The notes under the pieces were generated by a model that did no database searches, was not told the DNA's origin, and saw only the letters and a program-made list of their open reading frames with translations. A stretch of DNA of 64,000 nt from Candidatus Binatia bacterium (lineage in GTDB: Bacteria; Desulfobacterota; Binatia; UBA9968; CAXXLF01), in the NCBI GenBank assembly GCA_963664015.2, contig CAXXLF010000002.1:1856001-1920000 (forward strand), read 5' to 3'. Of the stretch, positions 52,632 through 63,512 are shown piece after piece. The position numbers and the translations under genes were made by a program. Positions within the stretch are counted from its first letter, which is position 1. The number at the start of each line of letters is the position of its first letter.

Positions 52632-53840
52632 ATGGCGGGTTTTCACGAGCCACAAAACGACGAGGAGGTTGCCGGGCAACTTCGTTACCAGCGGATTACC
52701 TCTCCCTATGAAAAGTTCATGCAGGAAGAGGGGATTCCGATCTATAGTAACACTATCGGTGCGCGTGACGTCCGTGACCTGACGCTTGGGCCTTGGAAAC
52801 GCATGGGTGGTCGTGGCTCCTTTATCTACCTCCTGGGACCGATCGGTCGCGGCATGTACGTGGTCGAGGTGCCATCTGCCGGGGCCCTGAACGCTGAGCA
52901 TCACATCTACGAAGAGATGTTCTACGTCGTCGAAGGCAGGGGCAGTACGGAGGTCTGGCGCGAGGGAAGCGGCAAGAAGCAGGCTTTTGAGTGGCAGCCG
53001 GGGAGCCTCTTTTCCATCCCGGTCAATACTTCGCACCGGCTGGTGAACGCGACCTCAAGCCGGGCGCTCCTTATTGCCGTTACTAGCGCCCCGACCCTGA
53101 TCAACCAGTTCAACAACCTGCGATTCATCTTCGACAGCCCCTTCGATTTCACCGACCGCTACGACGAAGGCGAGGCCTTCTTCAAGCCCAATCTGGAGGT
53201 GGTGCCCCACCCGGTGACTGGCCGGGCGGTGGTCGAGAGTAATATCATCCCGGACGTCGCTAAGTGCGAGCTCCCGCTGGACAACCAGCGAAGCCCCGGC
53301 TATCGGCGCATCGAACCCCACATGGCGGGGAACGAGGCGCTCAACTGCTTTGTCGGTGAGCATGCCCAGGGTCGTTACGCCAAGGCCCACCGCGGCGAGG
53401 GTTCAGGGGGCACGGCGGCGGTCCTGCTCTGCCTGCGCGGCCAGGGATACACGTTCACTTGGCCCCACGAACTGGGCATCCACCCCTGGGAGGATGGCCA
53501 CGGTGACAAGGTCCTGCGTCAGGACTATGTCCCGGGTGGAATGGTCTGCTCCTCGCCCCTCGGGGCGGGGTTTTTCCATGCCCATTACGGGGTGGGAAAG
53601 GAGCCCATGCGTTTCCTGGCCCTTCTGGGCCCCAATGTATTCGGAGAACAGCGCCGACGCGGCGCTGGCAAAGACCAGGGGACTACGGTCAGCCCCAACG
53701 CCGATATCCGGGACGGGGGGCTCACCATCGGCTATGATATCGAAGACTCTCATGTGCGGAGTACTTTCGAGCAGGAGCTGGCCAAGGTAAAGATCGAGTT
53801 TCAAATGTCCGAGTCGCTTTACGAGCCACGGGCAGCCTGA
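52632..53840 (+). CDS. Bicupin domain protein
   Basis: SD AAGGAG; EHHIYEEMFYVVEGRG..SLFSIPVNTSH and second cupin AKAHR..GQGYT..FFHAH. Confidence 0.82.
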   Translation: MAGFHEPQNDEEVAGQLRYQRITSPYEKFMQEEGIPIYSNTIGARDVRDLTLGPWKRMGGRGSFIYLLGPIGRGMYVVEVPSAGALNAEHHIYEEMFYVVEGRGSTEVWREGSGKKQAFEWQPGSLFSIPVNTSHRLVNATSSRALLIAVTSAPTLINQFNNLRFIFDSPFDFTDRYDEGEAFFKPNLEVVPHPVTGRAVVESNIIPDVAKCELPLDNQRSPGYRRIEPHMAGNEALNCFVGEHAQGRYAKAHRGEGSGGTAAVLLCLRGQGYTFTWPHELGIHPWEDGHGDKVLRQDYVPGGMVCSSPLGAGFFHAHYGVGKEPMRFLALLGPNVFGEQRRRGAGKDQGTTVSPNADIRDGGLTIGYDIEDSHVRSTFEQELAKVKIEFQMSESLYEPRAA

Positions 53841-53852
53841 GGTCTAACTTGC

Positions 53853-55325
53853 ATGGCTGAGTCCATTGGATTTACCGCGCCTCATAGGGAGTTGGCGGAA
53901 GAGGATCGTATCGAGCTGACCAGCGTTGGTGTCGATATCGGTTCGGCCACCAGCCATCTGATCTTCTCGCGTCTTGAACTGGAGCGGGTGGAGAGCCGTT
54001 ACGTGACCGTGAGTCGGCGCGTCCATTTCGAGTCGGACATCCTTCTTACCCCGTACATCGCCGGGACTACCATCGATGGCGCGGTCTTGGGTCGCTTCAT
54101 CGCCTTCCAGTACGACCTGGCGGGGTTGCAGCGGGAGGAAGTCGACACCGGCGCTCTCATTCTGACCGGTGTGGCGCTTGAGAGAGAAAATGCCCGTGCC
54201 ATAGCCGAGCTGTTCGCGTTAGAGGCCGGTCGCTTTGTCGCTGTCAGCGCCGGCGATAACCTGGAGGCGATCATGGCGGCCCATGGGTCGGGCGCGGCGG
54301 CGCTCTCCGCCGAAGGCCAACGGGTCATCTTGAACGTCGACATGGGAGGCGGTACGGTGAAGTTCGCAGTCTGCCAGGACGGGCAGATTAGCCAAACAGC
54401 GGCCGTCGATATCGGCGCACGCTTTGTCGTGACGGATGATAGTGGAAGGGTGGCTGGACTCGAGGAGGCCGGTAGGCGCATTGCCAAGGGGCTAGGCATC
54501 GAGCTGAAACTGGGAGAAACGGTAACGAGCGCCCAGTTGGAGGGGATGGCAGCCCATATGGTCGAACGGCTCATGGAGATTATTCGTCTGGAACCGCTCT
54601 CACCCGCTACGCTGCAGCTCTTTCGTACTCCCCCATTGGATTTCCAGGGCAAGCAGGTCAAGATCGACGGGGTGGTCTTCTCGGGTGGCGTTTCTGAATT
54701 CATTTACCACGAAAGGGAAAAGAACTTCGGCGATCTGGGGCAGCTGCTGGCGGCCGCGGTGCGTAAAGAGCTTCCCAAACTAGGGGTCGAGGTTCTGGAG
54801 CCGCGCGCCGGGATTCGCGCGACCGTCATCGGGGCCTCCCAGTACACGGTCCAGGTCAGTGGCAGCACCATCTACATCTCGTCCCTGGACGCGGTGCCGG
54901 TCCGCAACATGCCGGTGGTTCGCCCCGAGATTACGTTCGCCGAGGAGATCGATCCAGCGGCGGTGCAAGCTGCGGTCGGGCGCTCTCTGCAACGCTTCGA
55001 TCTGCACGAGGCGGAAACCCCTGTCGCCCTGATGTTGGAGTGGGAGGGCTCCGCCACTTTTAATCGACTGAACGGTCTGTGCCGCGGACTCGTCGACGGC
55101 CTGAACCGGAACCTGGAACGGGGGAATCCCGTCGTCCTGGTCTCCGACGGCGATATCGGCGGCCTGCTTGGCATCCACATGAAAAAAGAGCTCCAGGTCC
55201 CCAATCCCATCATCTCCATCGACGGTATCCGCTTGAGCGAGTTCGACTACATCGATATCGGAAACTTCATTCCGTCGTCGGGTGCCGTCCCGGTGATCAT
55301 CAAGTCCCTGGTATTTCCGAGCTGA
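53853..55325 (+). CDS. eutA: EutA-like ethanolamine ammonia-lyase reactivating factor homologue
   Basis: SVGVDIGSATSHLIFS, TGALILTG..ENA, AGDNLE, DMGGGTVK, FSGGV, IRATVIGASQ and VPVIIKSLVF. Confidence 0.85.
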   Translation: MAESIGFTAPHRELAEEDRIELTSVGVDIGSATSHLIFSRLELERVESRYVTVSRRVHFESDILLTPYIAGTTIDGAVLGRFIAFQYDLAGLQREEVDTGALILTGVALERENARAIAELFALEAGRFVAVSAGDNLEAIMAAHGSGAAALSAEGQRVILNVDMGGGTVKFAVCQDGQISQTAAVDIGARFVVTDDSGRVAGLEEAGRRIAKGLGIELKLGETVTSAQLEGMAAHMVERLMEIIRLEPLSPATLQLFRTPPLDFQGKQVKIDGVVFSGGVSEFIYHEREKNFGDLGQLLAAAVRKELPKLGVEVLEPRAGIRATVIGASQYTVQVSGSTIYISSLDAVPVRNMPVVRPEITFAEEIDPAAVQAAVGRSLQRFDLHEAETPVALMLEWEGSATFNRLNGLCRGLVDGLNRNLERGNPVVLVSDGDIGGLLGIHMKKELQVPNPIISIDGIRLSEFDYIDIGNFIPSSGAVPVIIKSLVFPS

Positions 55326-55455
55326 AAACTGTGAACCGTGTTTAGGTGGGCGCAGGCTCATGCCTGTTGCACGGGCCGTGGATTCTTTCTTGCCTGCCCA
55401 GGGGCCGCCGGCTCCTGGGTATGATTTGTAGGGTTATTTGGGTCGACGGTACTTG

Positions 55456-56699
55456 CTACTTAAGGCTCGCTTCCAACTCGGGTGGGAGCAACGGCTTGGC
55501 CGCGAACGGTCCACCGGTGCGCGTGTAACCCGGGTAGTAGGTGTGTTCCGTCGCCAACGTAATGCATTGGTTCTTTTCGGGGTCGCGGTGCACATTAATC
55601 GGGTCACCGCCGGTCTCCACGATCTTGATTTGCTCTTCCATCATCTTGCGGAACATGATGATCCCGACGTCGGTCACGCCGATGTGCTCATCGGTGCGAT
55701 CAGTGATGGGCCCTTGCATGATCCACGCGGCCTCGTCCTGGGCGGGCACGAGGGTGTTGTTCAGGCGACCCTTCTCGTCGTAAGGGGAATATCCCATGTA
55801 GGGAACCTGGCCTTGGTGTGGTGCCGTCTCGCCTGGCTTGGGACCTGGACCCTGTAACGCAGGTGCAAGGTATGGGTATCGTCTACCGGAATCCGGCATT
55901 GGAACATGTGCCAATTCCCCTGGGATACTCGCAGGATGTTAGGGAAGAGAATGGGGTGCCCAATGCGCCACCACTCGTCATCTTCAGTCTCGCCTTCTAT
56001 GAGCCGGCGCTTGATGATCCCGTACTCAAAACGGTCAAACCCTACCTTGATATGATCCCGCCCGCGTTTCAGGGTGGCGCGGTCAAACCGTTAGCGCTCT
56101 TCCGCGGGCTTCTTGCGGCCGATGGCCCAGGTTCCCCAGTAGCGGTGGAGCCACTGGAAGTGGACAGGGTCGAGCGAGTTGTCCATGCATTGAAGCCAGT
56201 TGGCGGGGAGCATGACCTTTTTAATTTCCCTCGTGACGTTTCCCCAAACCAATATGTCCCAGCGTGGTAGGAGCGGCGTGGGCTGCGGACTCATGTATAC
56301 GAATATCATGCCACCCAGCTCTTCGACCGGGTAGGCTTTCAGGCGGATCTTATCCTTGAAGCATTTGTCGGCGGGTTCCGACGGTTGGTCAACGCAGGCA
56401 CCGGTCTCATTGTATACCCACCCGTGGTAGGCGCAGCGAAGGCCGTTATCCTCGGGGATGCCGTAGGAGAGGTTTGCCTTTCGGTGCGCACATGAGGGCT
56501 CGATACATCCGACCTTACCCGTCAGATCGCGGTAAAGGACGAGGTCCTCGCTAAGGAGCCGTATCTCTTTGGTGGGCTCTTCTTCGTTCAATTCCCCGCT
56601 GGCAGCGATGGGGTGCCAGTAGCGCCGCATCACCTCGCCCCTGGGCGTGCCCGGACCTACCTGTGTGTAACGATCGTTCTGTTCAGCGGTCAGCATCAA
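55456..56699 (-). pseudogene. Rieske aromatic oxygenase alpha subunit (phthalate 4,5-dioxygenase-like), in-frame TAA 56091-56093 plus frameshift near 55850
   Basis: CAHR..CAYHGW, NSLDPVHFQWLH; frame continues RFD..KRRLIEGE..GHPILFPN..PVDDTHT, then AQD..TDVG. Confidence 0.85.
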
Positions 56700-56891
56700 A
56701 GTCCCTCCCGGTCGGCAAGGATGGACAGGGATCCCTTTGTTGACTCACTCAACGGAGTTTCGCCCAGAGACTATTCAATCGGGGGAAGCATGTCGACGTT
56801 TGGGCGACGGCGGTGTCTCCAGTCCCAAGAGTTCAAAGCTCTTGACAAGAGGGTATGAAGGCTATCAGATAGGCGCCGGAGATCGCGAAAG

Positions 56892-57823
56892 ATGTTATCG
56901 AAACTTCCACGAGAGTGTTTGATCGATCTTTGCCGCAGGATGTTTCTCATCCGCCATTTTGAGGAGGCCCTCGTGGGCCTCTATGGAGAGGGGCGATTCA
57001 GCGGCGAGTACCACCTCTATATTGGCCAGGAGGCCATAGGGGTCCCGGTGCTCTCCTGTCTGGAGGGACGGGGCTATGTGTTCAGCACCCACCGCAACCA
57101 TGGTCATCTCCTGGCACGAGGGGCAGAGCCGGGGCGCCTGCTGGCGGAGATCCTTGGACGCCTTGACGGTTACAACAAGGGGAAAGGCGGGACCTTCCAT
57201 ACGGCTGTGGCTTCCCTCGGAGTTCCCCACCCCTCTGCTATCGTAGCGGGAATGATCCCATTGGCGGCGGGCGCGGCCGTGGAGGCCTTTAACCTGGCCT
57301 CTCTTCAGAAGCTTCCGGTCCTCTACCTATGCGAGAACAACGGAATGCTAAGCCGAAGCAAACCACGAGCGTCGGCGAGCATGGCGCCCCATCCCCTGAC
57401 CAACATATCGTCGGCCTATGGAATCCCCTCCGTGCAGGTGGACGGTAAGGATTTTGGCGCCGTCCACAACCTGGCATCGGAAGCCATCAAGAAAATCCGC
57501 GCTGGAGAGGGGCCCAACTTATCGAGGCCCAAACCATTCGCTTTCCAGGGAGCGCAACGAACTCACCTCGGGTTCCCGTCCCTACGGATGCGTCCTTGGC
57601 TTGAGATTTGGCCCCGGTCCCGGAGGCCGAACGGGATTAGTACCGCGACGAAGATCCGCTTTTGATCTTCATCCGTGAGCTCGTGGAGGCGAAGCAGGCG
57701 ACAAAAGAAGAAATCGTTCAATTGGAAATTAACGCGCGGGCAGCCATTGATCAGGCGGTTAAGTTTGCCCTGGCTAGCCCCCACCCCAAATCTGAAGTGG
57801 CGTTGGAGGATGTCTTTGTCTAA
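56892..57823 (+). pseudogene. 2-oxoacid/acetoin dehydrogenase E1 alpha, decayed
   Basis: HLYIGQEA, STHRNHGH and CENNG; GDG segment absent (AAGAA|VEAFNLA); frameshift near 57520; TGA 57602 and TAG 57638 before DPLL..LEDVFV*. Confidence 0.82.
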
Positions 57824-57869
57824 TTCCAGGGCAAAGATGTTGTGGAAACCGCAATTGAATTTTAAATAC

Positions 57870-58070
57870 GGAAACGGGGGAAAGATGACTCGCGCAAAGA
57901 CGCAAGGCACGCCAAGTATAAATGGAATTACAAATTCGAATCTCGAAATCCGAAATTCAAAACAAATTCAAATGATAAAAAACCAATAAACTCCAAACGA
58001 TCTCGTTTTAGATTTGGATGTTTTGGTTTGTTTATGATTCCGTGCTTTGGATTTAGGATTTTAACTTGGG
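57870..58070. repeat. Modular intergenic element L between E1 alpha and E1 beta
   Basis: ACTCGCGCAAAGACGCAAGGCACGCCAAG and AAATTCGAATCTCGAAATCCGAAATTC ... TTTGGATTTAGGATTTT modules. Confidence 0.7.
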
Positions 58071-58140
58071 GGCGTCTTGACTCGATACACGTTGTTGAAG
58101 TCGGTCTATTAAACATTTGATAACTTAGAATGGCTAATCC

Positions 58141-59094
58141 ATGCGTGAGCTAACATGCAGTGAGGCGAAGTTAGAATCCCTGCGCCAGATCTTTGCCGCC
58201 AAGGACAAAGTTCACCTGATGGCCCGGGGGCTGCGATCCTATCGGGAGATCCAGCAACAGTATCCTGACAGGGTCAGCTCCATGCCCATCTCGGAGCTGG
58301 GCGCCTGCGGTCTCGCCATCGGGGCGGCTATGGCCGGGCTCCGGCCTATTGTGGACGTTGGTAATGGTAGCTTTGTTTTCGAGGCTTGGTCTCAAATAGT
58401 CAACGAGGCGGCCAACGCCCTTTACATGTCAGGCGGACAGACGCGGACTCCGGTGGTCTTCCACATGTCTAATGGTCTGCGGGGCGGAGGTGCGTCCCAG
58501 CATTCACACAGCCCGCAGGCTATGTTATGGAATACTCCCGGCCTGGAGATTGTCCTACCTGCGTCGCCACGGAATGTTGGGGGACTGCTCAAATCCGCCG
58601 TGAACTCGGCTAACCCGACAGTCTTCATCGATCACCGGGCCCTAAGCTCTATTCGTGGGCATGTCCCCGAGGAAAATGGCGCGATACCCTTCGTTCAAGC
58701 GGATGTACAACGCGTGGGGAAAGACGTTACGGTCATCGCCACCTCTTATATGGTCAAGCGCTCCCTACAGATGGCTGAGGGGCTTGCCCGTGAAGGCATT
58801 GATGTGGAGGTAGTCGACCCGCGCACACTGGTGCCGTTGGATTTTAAAATCATGATGGCGTCGGTTGAAAAGACTGGGCTGGTAGTGATTGTAGACGAGT
58901 GTCATCAGAGTTGTGGTGTGGCGGCAGAACTCTCGGCAAGGATCGTGGAGACGGGTTTCGACAAGCTCAAGGCAGGGATCCGGCGGATTAACACCCTCGA
59001 TGTGCTCGTCCCTTACAGTGAGCCATTGGAAGAATATATCAGTCCATCAGAATCGCGCATTACCGAGGCCATTCGCTCGGTGCTGGATCTATAA
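58141..59094 (+). CDS. 2-oxoacid/acetoin dehydrogenase E1 beta
   Basis: PISELG..GAAMAGLRPIV, QHSHS, PGLEIV and EVVDPRTLVPLD. Confidence 0.88.
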   Translation: MRELTCSEAKLESLRQIFAAKDKVHLMARGLRSYREIQQQYPDRVSSMPISELGACGLAIGAAMAGLRPIVDVGNGSFVFEAWSQIVNEAANALYMSGGQTRTPVVFHMSNGLRGGGASQHSHSPQAMLWNTPGLEIVLPASPRNVGGLLKSAVNSANPTVFIDHRALSSIRGHVPEENGAIPFVQADVQRVGKDVTVIATSYMVKRSLQMAEGLAREGIDVEVVDPRTLVPLDFKIMMASVEKTGLVVIVDECHQSCGVAAELSARIVETGFDKLKAGIRRINTLDVLVPYSEPLEEYISPSESRITEAIRSVLDL

Positions 59095-59223
59095 TCTACG
59101 AGAGGGCAAAATGACTAAGGAACCCTTTTTCTGGCGTTACAATAAACAGCTGCTCGGCGAATAGGGTCGTGGGGATCGACGGGAAACAACTATCGAATCT
59201 TAATTTTACCGGAGGAGAACACC

Positions 59224-60099
59224 ATGGAATCCAATGTCAAAGTGGATCTGCACGACCGTGTTGCCGTTGTGACCGGCGGTGCGAGGGGGATGGGACGCGC
59301 CTATGTGGGTGGCTTCCTGGCCCAGGGGGCCAAGGTGGTGGCTACGGACCGATCGTGGGACGGAGCCGATGATTTCAAAGAAGAGTTAAAGAAGCACGAA
59401 GACAAAGTGCTCACGGTTGAAATGGACGTGACCGATGATGCCCATATGGACAGCGCCTATGAAGCGGCGCTCAAGAAGTTCGGCACCGTCGATATCCTGG
59501 TCAACAATGCGGCCATGCGCCAGAGGGACCTGTTCCCACCGACGGGGAAGACCACCGCCCTGGGGACCAAAGACTCGGACTGGGAGAAGTCCTTCGGCGT
59601 GAACGTATTTGGTGTCCTGAAGGTTATCAGGCGTTTTATCCAGCCCATGATAGAGAAGTGCCGTGGGAGCATCATCAACGTCGTCAGCAGCGGCATTCTC
59701 CATCATTCCCATGGAGGGGCTTACATGGCGCTGCGGCCAAACAGCCGCGAGATGCCCTACATGTCGTCGAAAGCGGCTCTGGCAACGCTGAGCTTTTATT
59801 TAGCCGATGAGGTGAAGGATAAAAACGTAGCCGTCAATATCATTATCCCCGGGCACACGCGGACCACCGGATTCGATGAACAGAACCGCGCGCGCATGGT
59901 CCAGGGGGCGAAAGGCGGACGCCAACCCGTTGTCCCCGAACACGTGGTTCCACTAGCCTGCTACCTGGCTTCGCAAGACGCCAGTGGAGTCACCGGGAGG
60001 ATGTTCGACGCTATGCTGTGGAATATGGAGCACGGTCTGGGCGACGAGGCCCAGTGGCTCGATAAGTCGTTTTCCTATGAGGCGCTGTTGGCGAGCTAG
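59224..60099 (+). CDS. SDR family oxidoreductase
   Basis: TGGARGMG, LVNNA and YMSSK; SD GGAG. Confidence 0.92.
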   Translation: MESNVKVDLHDRVAVVTGGARGMGRAYVGGFLAQGAKVVATDRSWDGADDFKEELKKHEDKVLTVEMDVTDDAHMDSAYEAALKKFGTVDILVNNAAMRQRDLFPPTGKTTALGTKDSDWEKSFGVNVFGVLKVIRRFIQPMIEKCRGSIINVVSSGILHHSHGGAYMALRPNSREMPYMSSKAALATLSFYLADEVKDKNVAVNIIIPGHTRTTGFDEQNRARMVQGAKGGRQPVVPEHVVPLACYLASQDASGVTGRMFDAMLWNMEHGLGDEAQWLDKSFSYEALLAS

Positions 60100-61365
60100 C
60101 CCCGACCGGTACGCCTGGCGGCCTCTGCCTCCTTGGTCATCAACTCGTCCAACTGGTCCAGCACCGGGCTAAAGGTTCCCTGGTTCCCATAACGGACCCC
60201 GCCCTTCTGGTAGTTACGGATGCTGTTATAGTCCTCCATGGACGGGTTGATACACTGGTTCTTTTCCGGGTCCCGGAAGGTATTGATGGGGTCCCCGCCT
60301 GCCTGAACGATATCGATCTGTTCTTTTAGCATCTGGCGGAACATGACGAGCCCCTTGTCAATCTCCGCCAATCTCTCATTCGACCGATCGACGATATCCC
60401 CCTGCGCCGCCCAAACGACCAGGTCCTGTCCCAAGATGAAGTCGGGAAGCTCCTGAATAGGGATCTCGAAGGATGGGACGGGGTCCTGTCGCGGCACATC
60501 CACCTCGGGTCCAGGGAAGTGGACGTGGTAGCCCAGGTGCCAGGTGTGGGTGTCCTCCATGGAGACGCGGATCTGGAACTCGGCGTATCCCAGTTGTCCA
60601 ATGCGCACGTAGTTGGGAAAGACAAGCGGGTGTCCGGTCGTCCATGACTCGGACTCTTCCGATTGGCCTTCCACGAGCCGCCGTTTCTAGATCCCCACAT
60701 CGACTCGTTCAAAGGCGATCTTCTTGTGGGGACGGCTGATATGTTCAAACTGGCGGACCTTGCGAGGGTCCGTGATCCCCAACCGCTCGACCGCGTACAG
60801 GCCGAATCGGCCATGGGCATAGGAGGTGTGCACGGTGTCCACCGAGTTCTCCTGGCACTGGAGCCAGTTGCATGGGACGACGGTGGTACCGATCTGTCGG
60901 AAGACGTTATCTACCACGAACAGGTCCCAGCGCGGCAGCAGCGGCTGGGGATTGGGATCCAGGCAACTCCAGATCAGGCCCCCCATCTCCTCGGCGGGGT
61001 ACGACTTGAGCTTCACTCTCTGTTTGAAGGTGGTCTCAGGGGTTTCTGCGGGCTGATCGATACACTGCCCGGTGGTGTCGTACATCCAGCCGTGATAGGG
61101 GCAGCGCAGTCCCTCGTTTTCCGGGATGCCGTGCTTCAAGTCGACGCTTCGGTGGGCGCAACGTTGGGAGATGAGGCCAAGGCGGCCTTGGCGGTCTTTG
61201 AACAGGGTGAGGGACTCGCCGAGGAGGCGCACGGACGGCCCTGATCGGGTTTTGTTGGATCTCCTGGCAGGCGGCCACGGGAAACCAGTAGCGGCGCAGC
61301 AGTTCCCCCATTGGGGTGCCGGGACCTACCCGGGTCAACTCTTCGTTCTCTTGTGCGCTGAGCAT
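60096..61365 (-). pseudogene. Second Rieske aromatic oxygenase paralogue, frameshift near 61235 plus in-frame TAG 60687-60689
   Basis: MLSAQENEELTRVGPGTPMGELLRRYW; CAHR..CPYHGW; ENSVDTVHTSYAH; DVGI*KRRLVEG..GHPLVFPN..GQD. Confidence 0.85.
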
Positions 61366-61478
61366 GGTTCCTCTTTATGGGGCTTCTTTCAGACCTCCAA
61401 ACGGGATCCGGCTAGCCGGTGTCATACGCAACTCTTCGACCTCAGGGAATGGCTTCTGCCATCTCGGCACCAAGGGTA

Positions 61479-62288
61479 TTACAAAAACTCCAGCACGTCT
61501 TGGTTGAACTGATCAGGAACCAGGGTGGGCAAGTAATGTCCCGCGTCATAGAGCACCGTCTTGGACCCTTTGATGAGGCTGTGGATTTCCTCACCCATTT
61601 CCAAGGCATTGGTCTGATCGTTCTTTTCCCAGAGGATTAACGTTGGAAGGGTGATCTGCGCCAGCCTGCGAATGGTATTGTATCGTACCGGATGCAGGTT
61701 GTCGTTCATGTGGGTCATGATCTTTTGGTGGGCCTCGACGGCCCCGGGAATTTGGGCCTTGGCGTAGTCCTCCTCCACCCGCTTGTCCAGATTCCCGTGG
61801 TATGACGGATGCGTGCGCTAGGTCATATGCTTTTTGATTGTTTCCTTGGTGGGCGGCTTGAACTGGGTCATGCTGGCAAGGGTCCGGGGCGTCGCCCCAC
61901 CGGGGGCCGCGAGAACCAGCTTGTGTACCCGGTTCGGACTCTCATAGGCAAAGATCGAGGCAATCCATCCCCCCATGGAGTGGCCGACGATGTTGGTCTT
62001 CTCCAAGCCCAGTGCGTCTTGAAACTCACGTATGTGATCGACGAGATAGGCAAAGGAGTATTCGCGATCGAATCGGTCTCCCTTCTCCCAACCCAGGCAG
62101 TCGACGGCCAGGACCCGGACTTTCTTGGAAAGGGGTCCGATATTAAAGCACCAGTTATCCGCGCCGCCACCGAAGCCCACGCCGTGGATGAGGATGGTCG
62201 GATAACCAGCCCCTGCCTCCAGATAGCGTGTCTTGCCGTGACTCAGCTCTACGTATTTATCGGCGATAACAGATGATTCGGTGGCCAT
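61479..62288 (-). pseudogene. Alpha/beta hydrolase (MhpC/BphD-like), in-frame TAG 61818-61820
   Basis: IHGVG and GHSMGG; HMT*RTHPS continues in frame to PTLILW..ND..AGHY. Confidence 0.8.
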
Positions 62289-62439
62289 AAATTGATCCCT
62301 CCTCCTATGGGACGCCGCAAGTTAGCAAGTTAGTTTGTTGATTGCGGTTCCCTGAAAATTCGAACGGTTTGATCCTATCCGTGGAGTGTTTTAGGTGTCA
62401 AGCGGAGGGGCGGCCGAGCGCAAGTTAAAAGGAAAAAGG

Positions 62440-62980
62440 CAAAAATCTTGGACGAAGGAAACAGAAGCAAAGGGTTAAGAATACTTAGGCGCAGATTTAC
62501 GGAAAAAGATAACTCGCGCAAAGGCGCAAAGGGCGCCAAGTTCGGAGAAGATACGTTAACCGCAGATTTACGTAGATATTCGCCGATAAAAATCAAGAAT
62601 ATAACCGTAGAGGTGCAGAGTACGCTGAGAGCCGGAGGTCAGACGTCAGCAGTCAGGGGTCAGAAATACAGTAAGCAGTGCACAGCAGGATCTTTGCTAA
62701 GAGCAGCAGGCAATTATTTTTGTTTGGCGGGAGATGACGTCAAACAAAAAGGCTCGCCCGTGGAGTTGATGCCCGGTACTCCATGGGCAGGCTCTTTTGG
62801 CCAATCGGTATCTCCCGAATGGCCAAAAAGTAACTTCTCCCCGTCCTCCACTCCTCCGCAGTCAATCCGGAATCTGCGTTAATCGGCAAAAAACGCCGGT
62901 GAAGTCTTCTCTGTGTTTTTCTCTGCGCCCTCTGCGTCTCTGTGGTGAATATATCTTCTCCCTGCTTTGTGCTATGCGCG
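62440..62980. repeat. Modular nested palindromic element M
   Basis: ACTCGCGCAAAGGCGCAAAGGGCGCCAAGTTCGGAGAAG; TTAACCGCAGATTTACGTAGAT versus ATCTGCGTTAATCGGC; ACCGTAGAGGTGCAGAG versus CTCTGCGTCTCTGTGGT; core hairpins 62717-62750 and 62795-62828. Confidence 0.85.
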
Positions 62981-63055
62981 AAGGTTGGGCTGTGATAGAA
63001 ATCCTCGCTGAACCATCCCGTCTGTGCCGGGCTCCGGGGCGCAGGAGGCGAGGCT

Positions 63056-63472
63056 ATGATTGAGATCGAAAGTCTGGATCACTTGGGCATCCGGGTGATG
63101 AACGTGGATCGGGCCCTGACGTTCTATGCGCTGCTTGGATTTGGAGAACCCTTCAAGGTCCCCGATGATGATGTCACGATTATCAGAAACAGGAACGGGG
63201 TCGAGATCAATCTCATCCACAACGGCACAGACGATCACGGATGCAAGAATGTCCTCATGGACGTGCCCGAGAAGTACCCCGGTTACACCCATGCGGCCTT
63301 AAGGGTGACCTCGGTGGCGGCAAGCATCAAATTTCTAGAGGAACACAAGATCCCCATTACGGAGGGACCTGTCGAACTCGGTAAAGGGAATCTGTCGGTA
63401 TTCGTACGGGATCCGGATCGCAATGTGATCGAACTGCGGGGGCGTTCTGGGGAAAAGCTGATCAAAGATTAA
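63056..63472 (+). CDS. VOC/glyoxalase family protein
   Basis: LDHLGIRV, YTHAALRV and FVRDPDRNVIELR. Confidence 0.9.
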   Translation: MIEIESLDHLGIRVMNVDRALTFYALLGFGEPFKVPDDDVTIIRNRNGVEINLIHNGTDDHGCKNVLMDVPEKYPGYTHAALRVTSVAASIKFLEEHKIPITEGPVELGKGNLSVFVRDPDRNVIELRGRSGEKLIKD

Positions 63473-63512
63473 TTCCGGTCTCAGCAATACGGCATGAAGA
63501 ACTCGTCCGACT

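Noticed and set aside
62375-63063. Short ORFs inside repeat elements (also 10464-10688, 45719-46009, 57675-58116)
   Set aside because: They are translations of the repeat modules, with no SD or family motifs.
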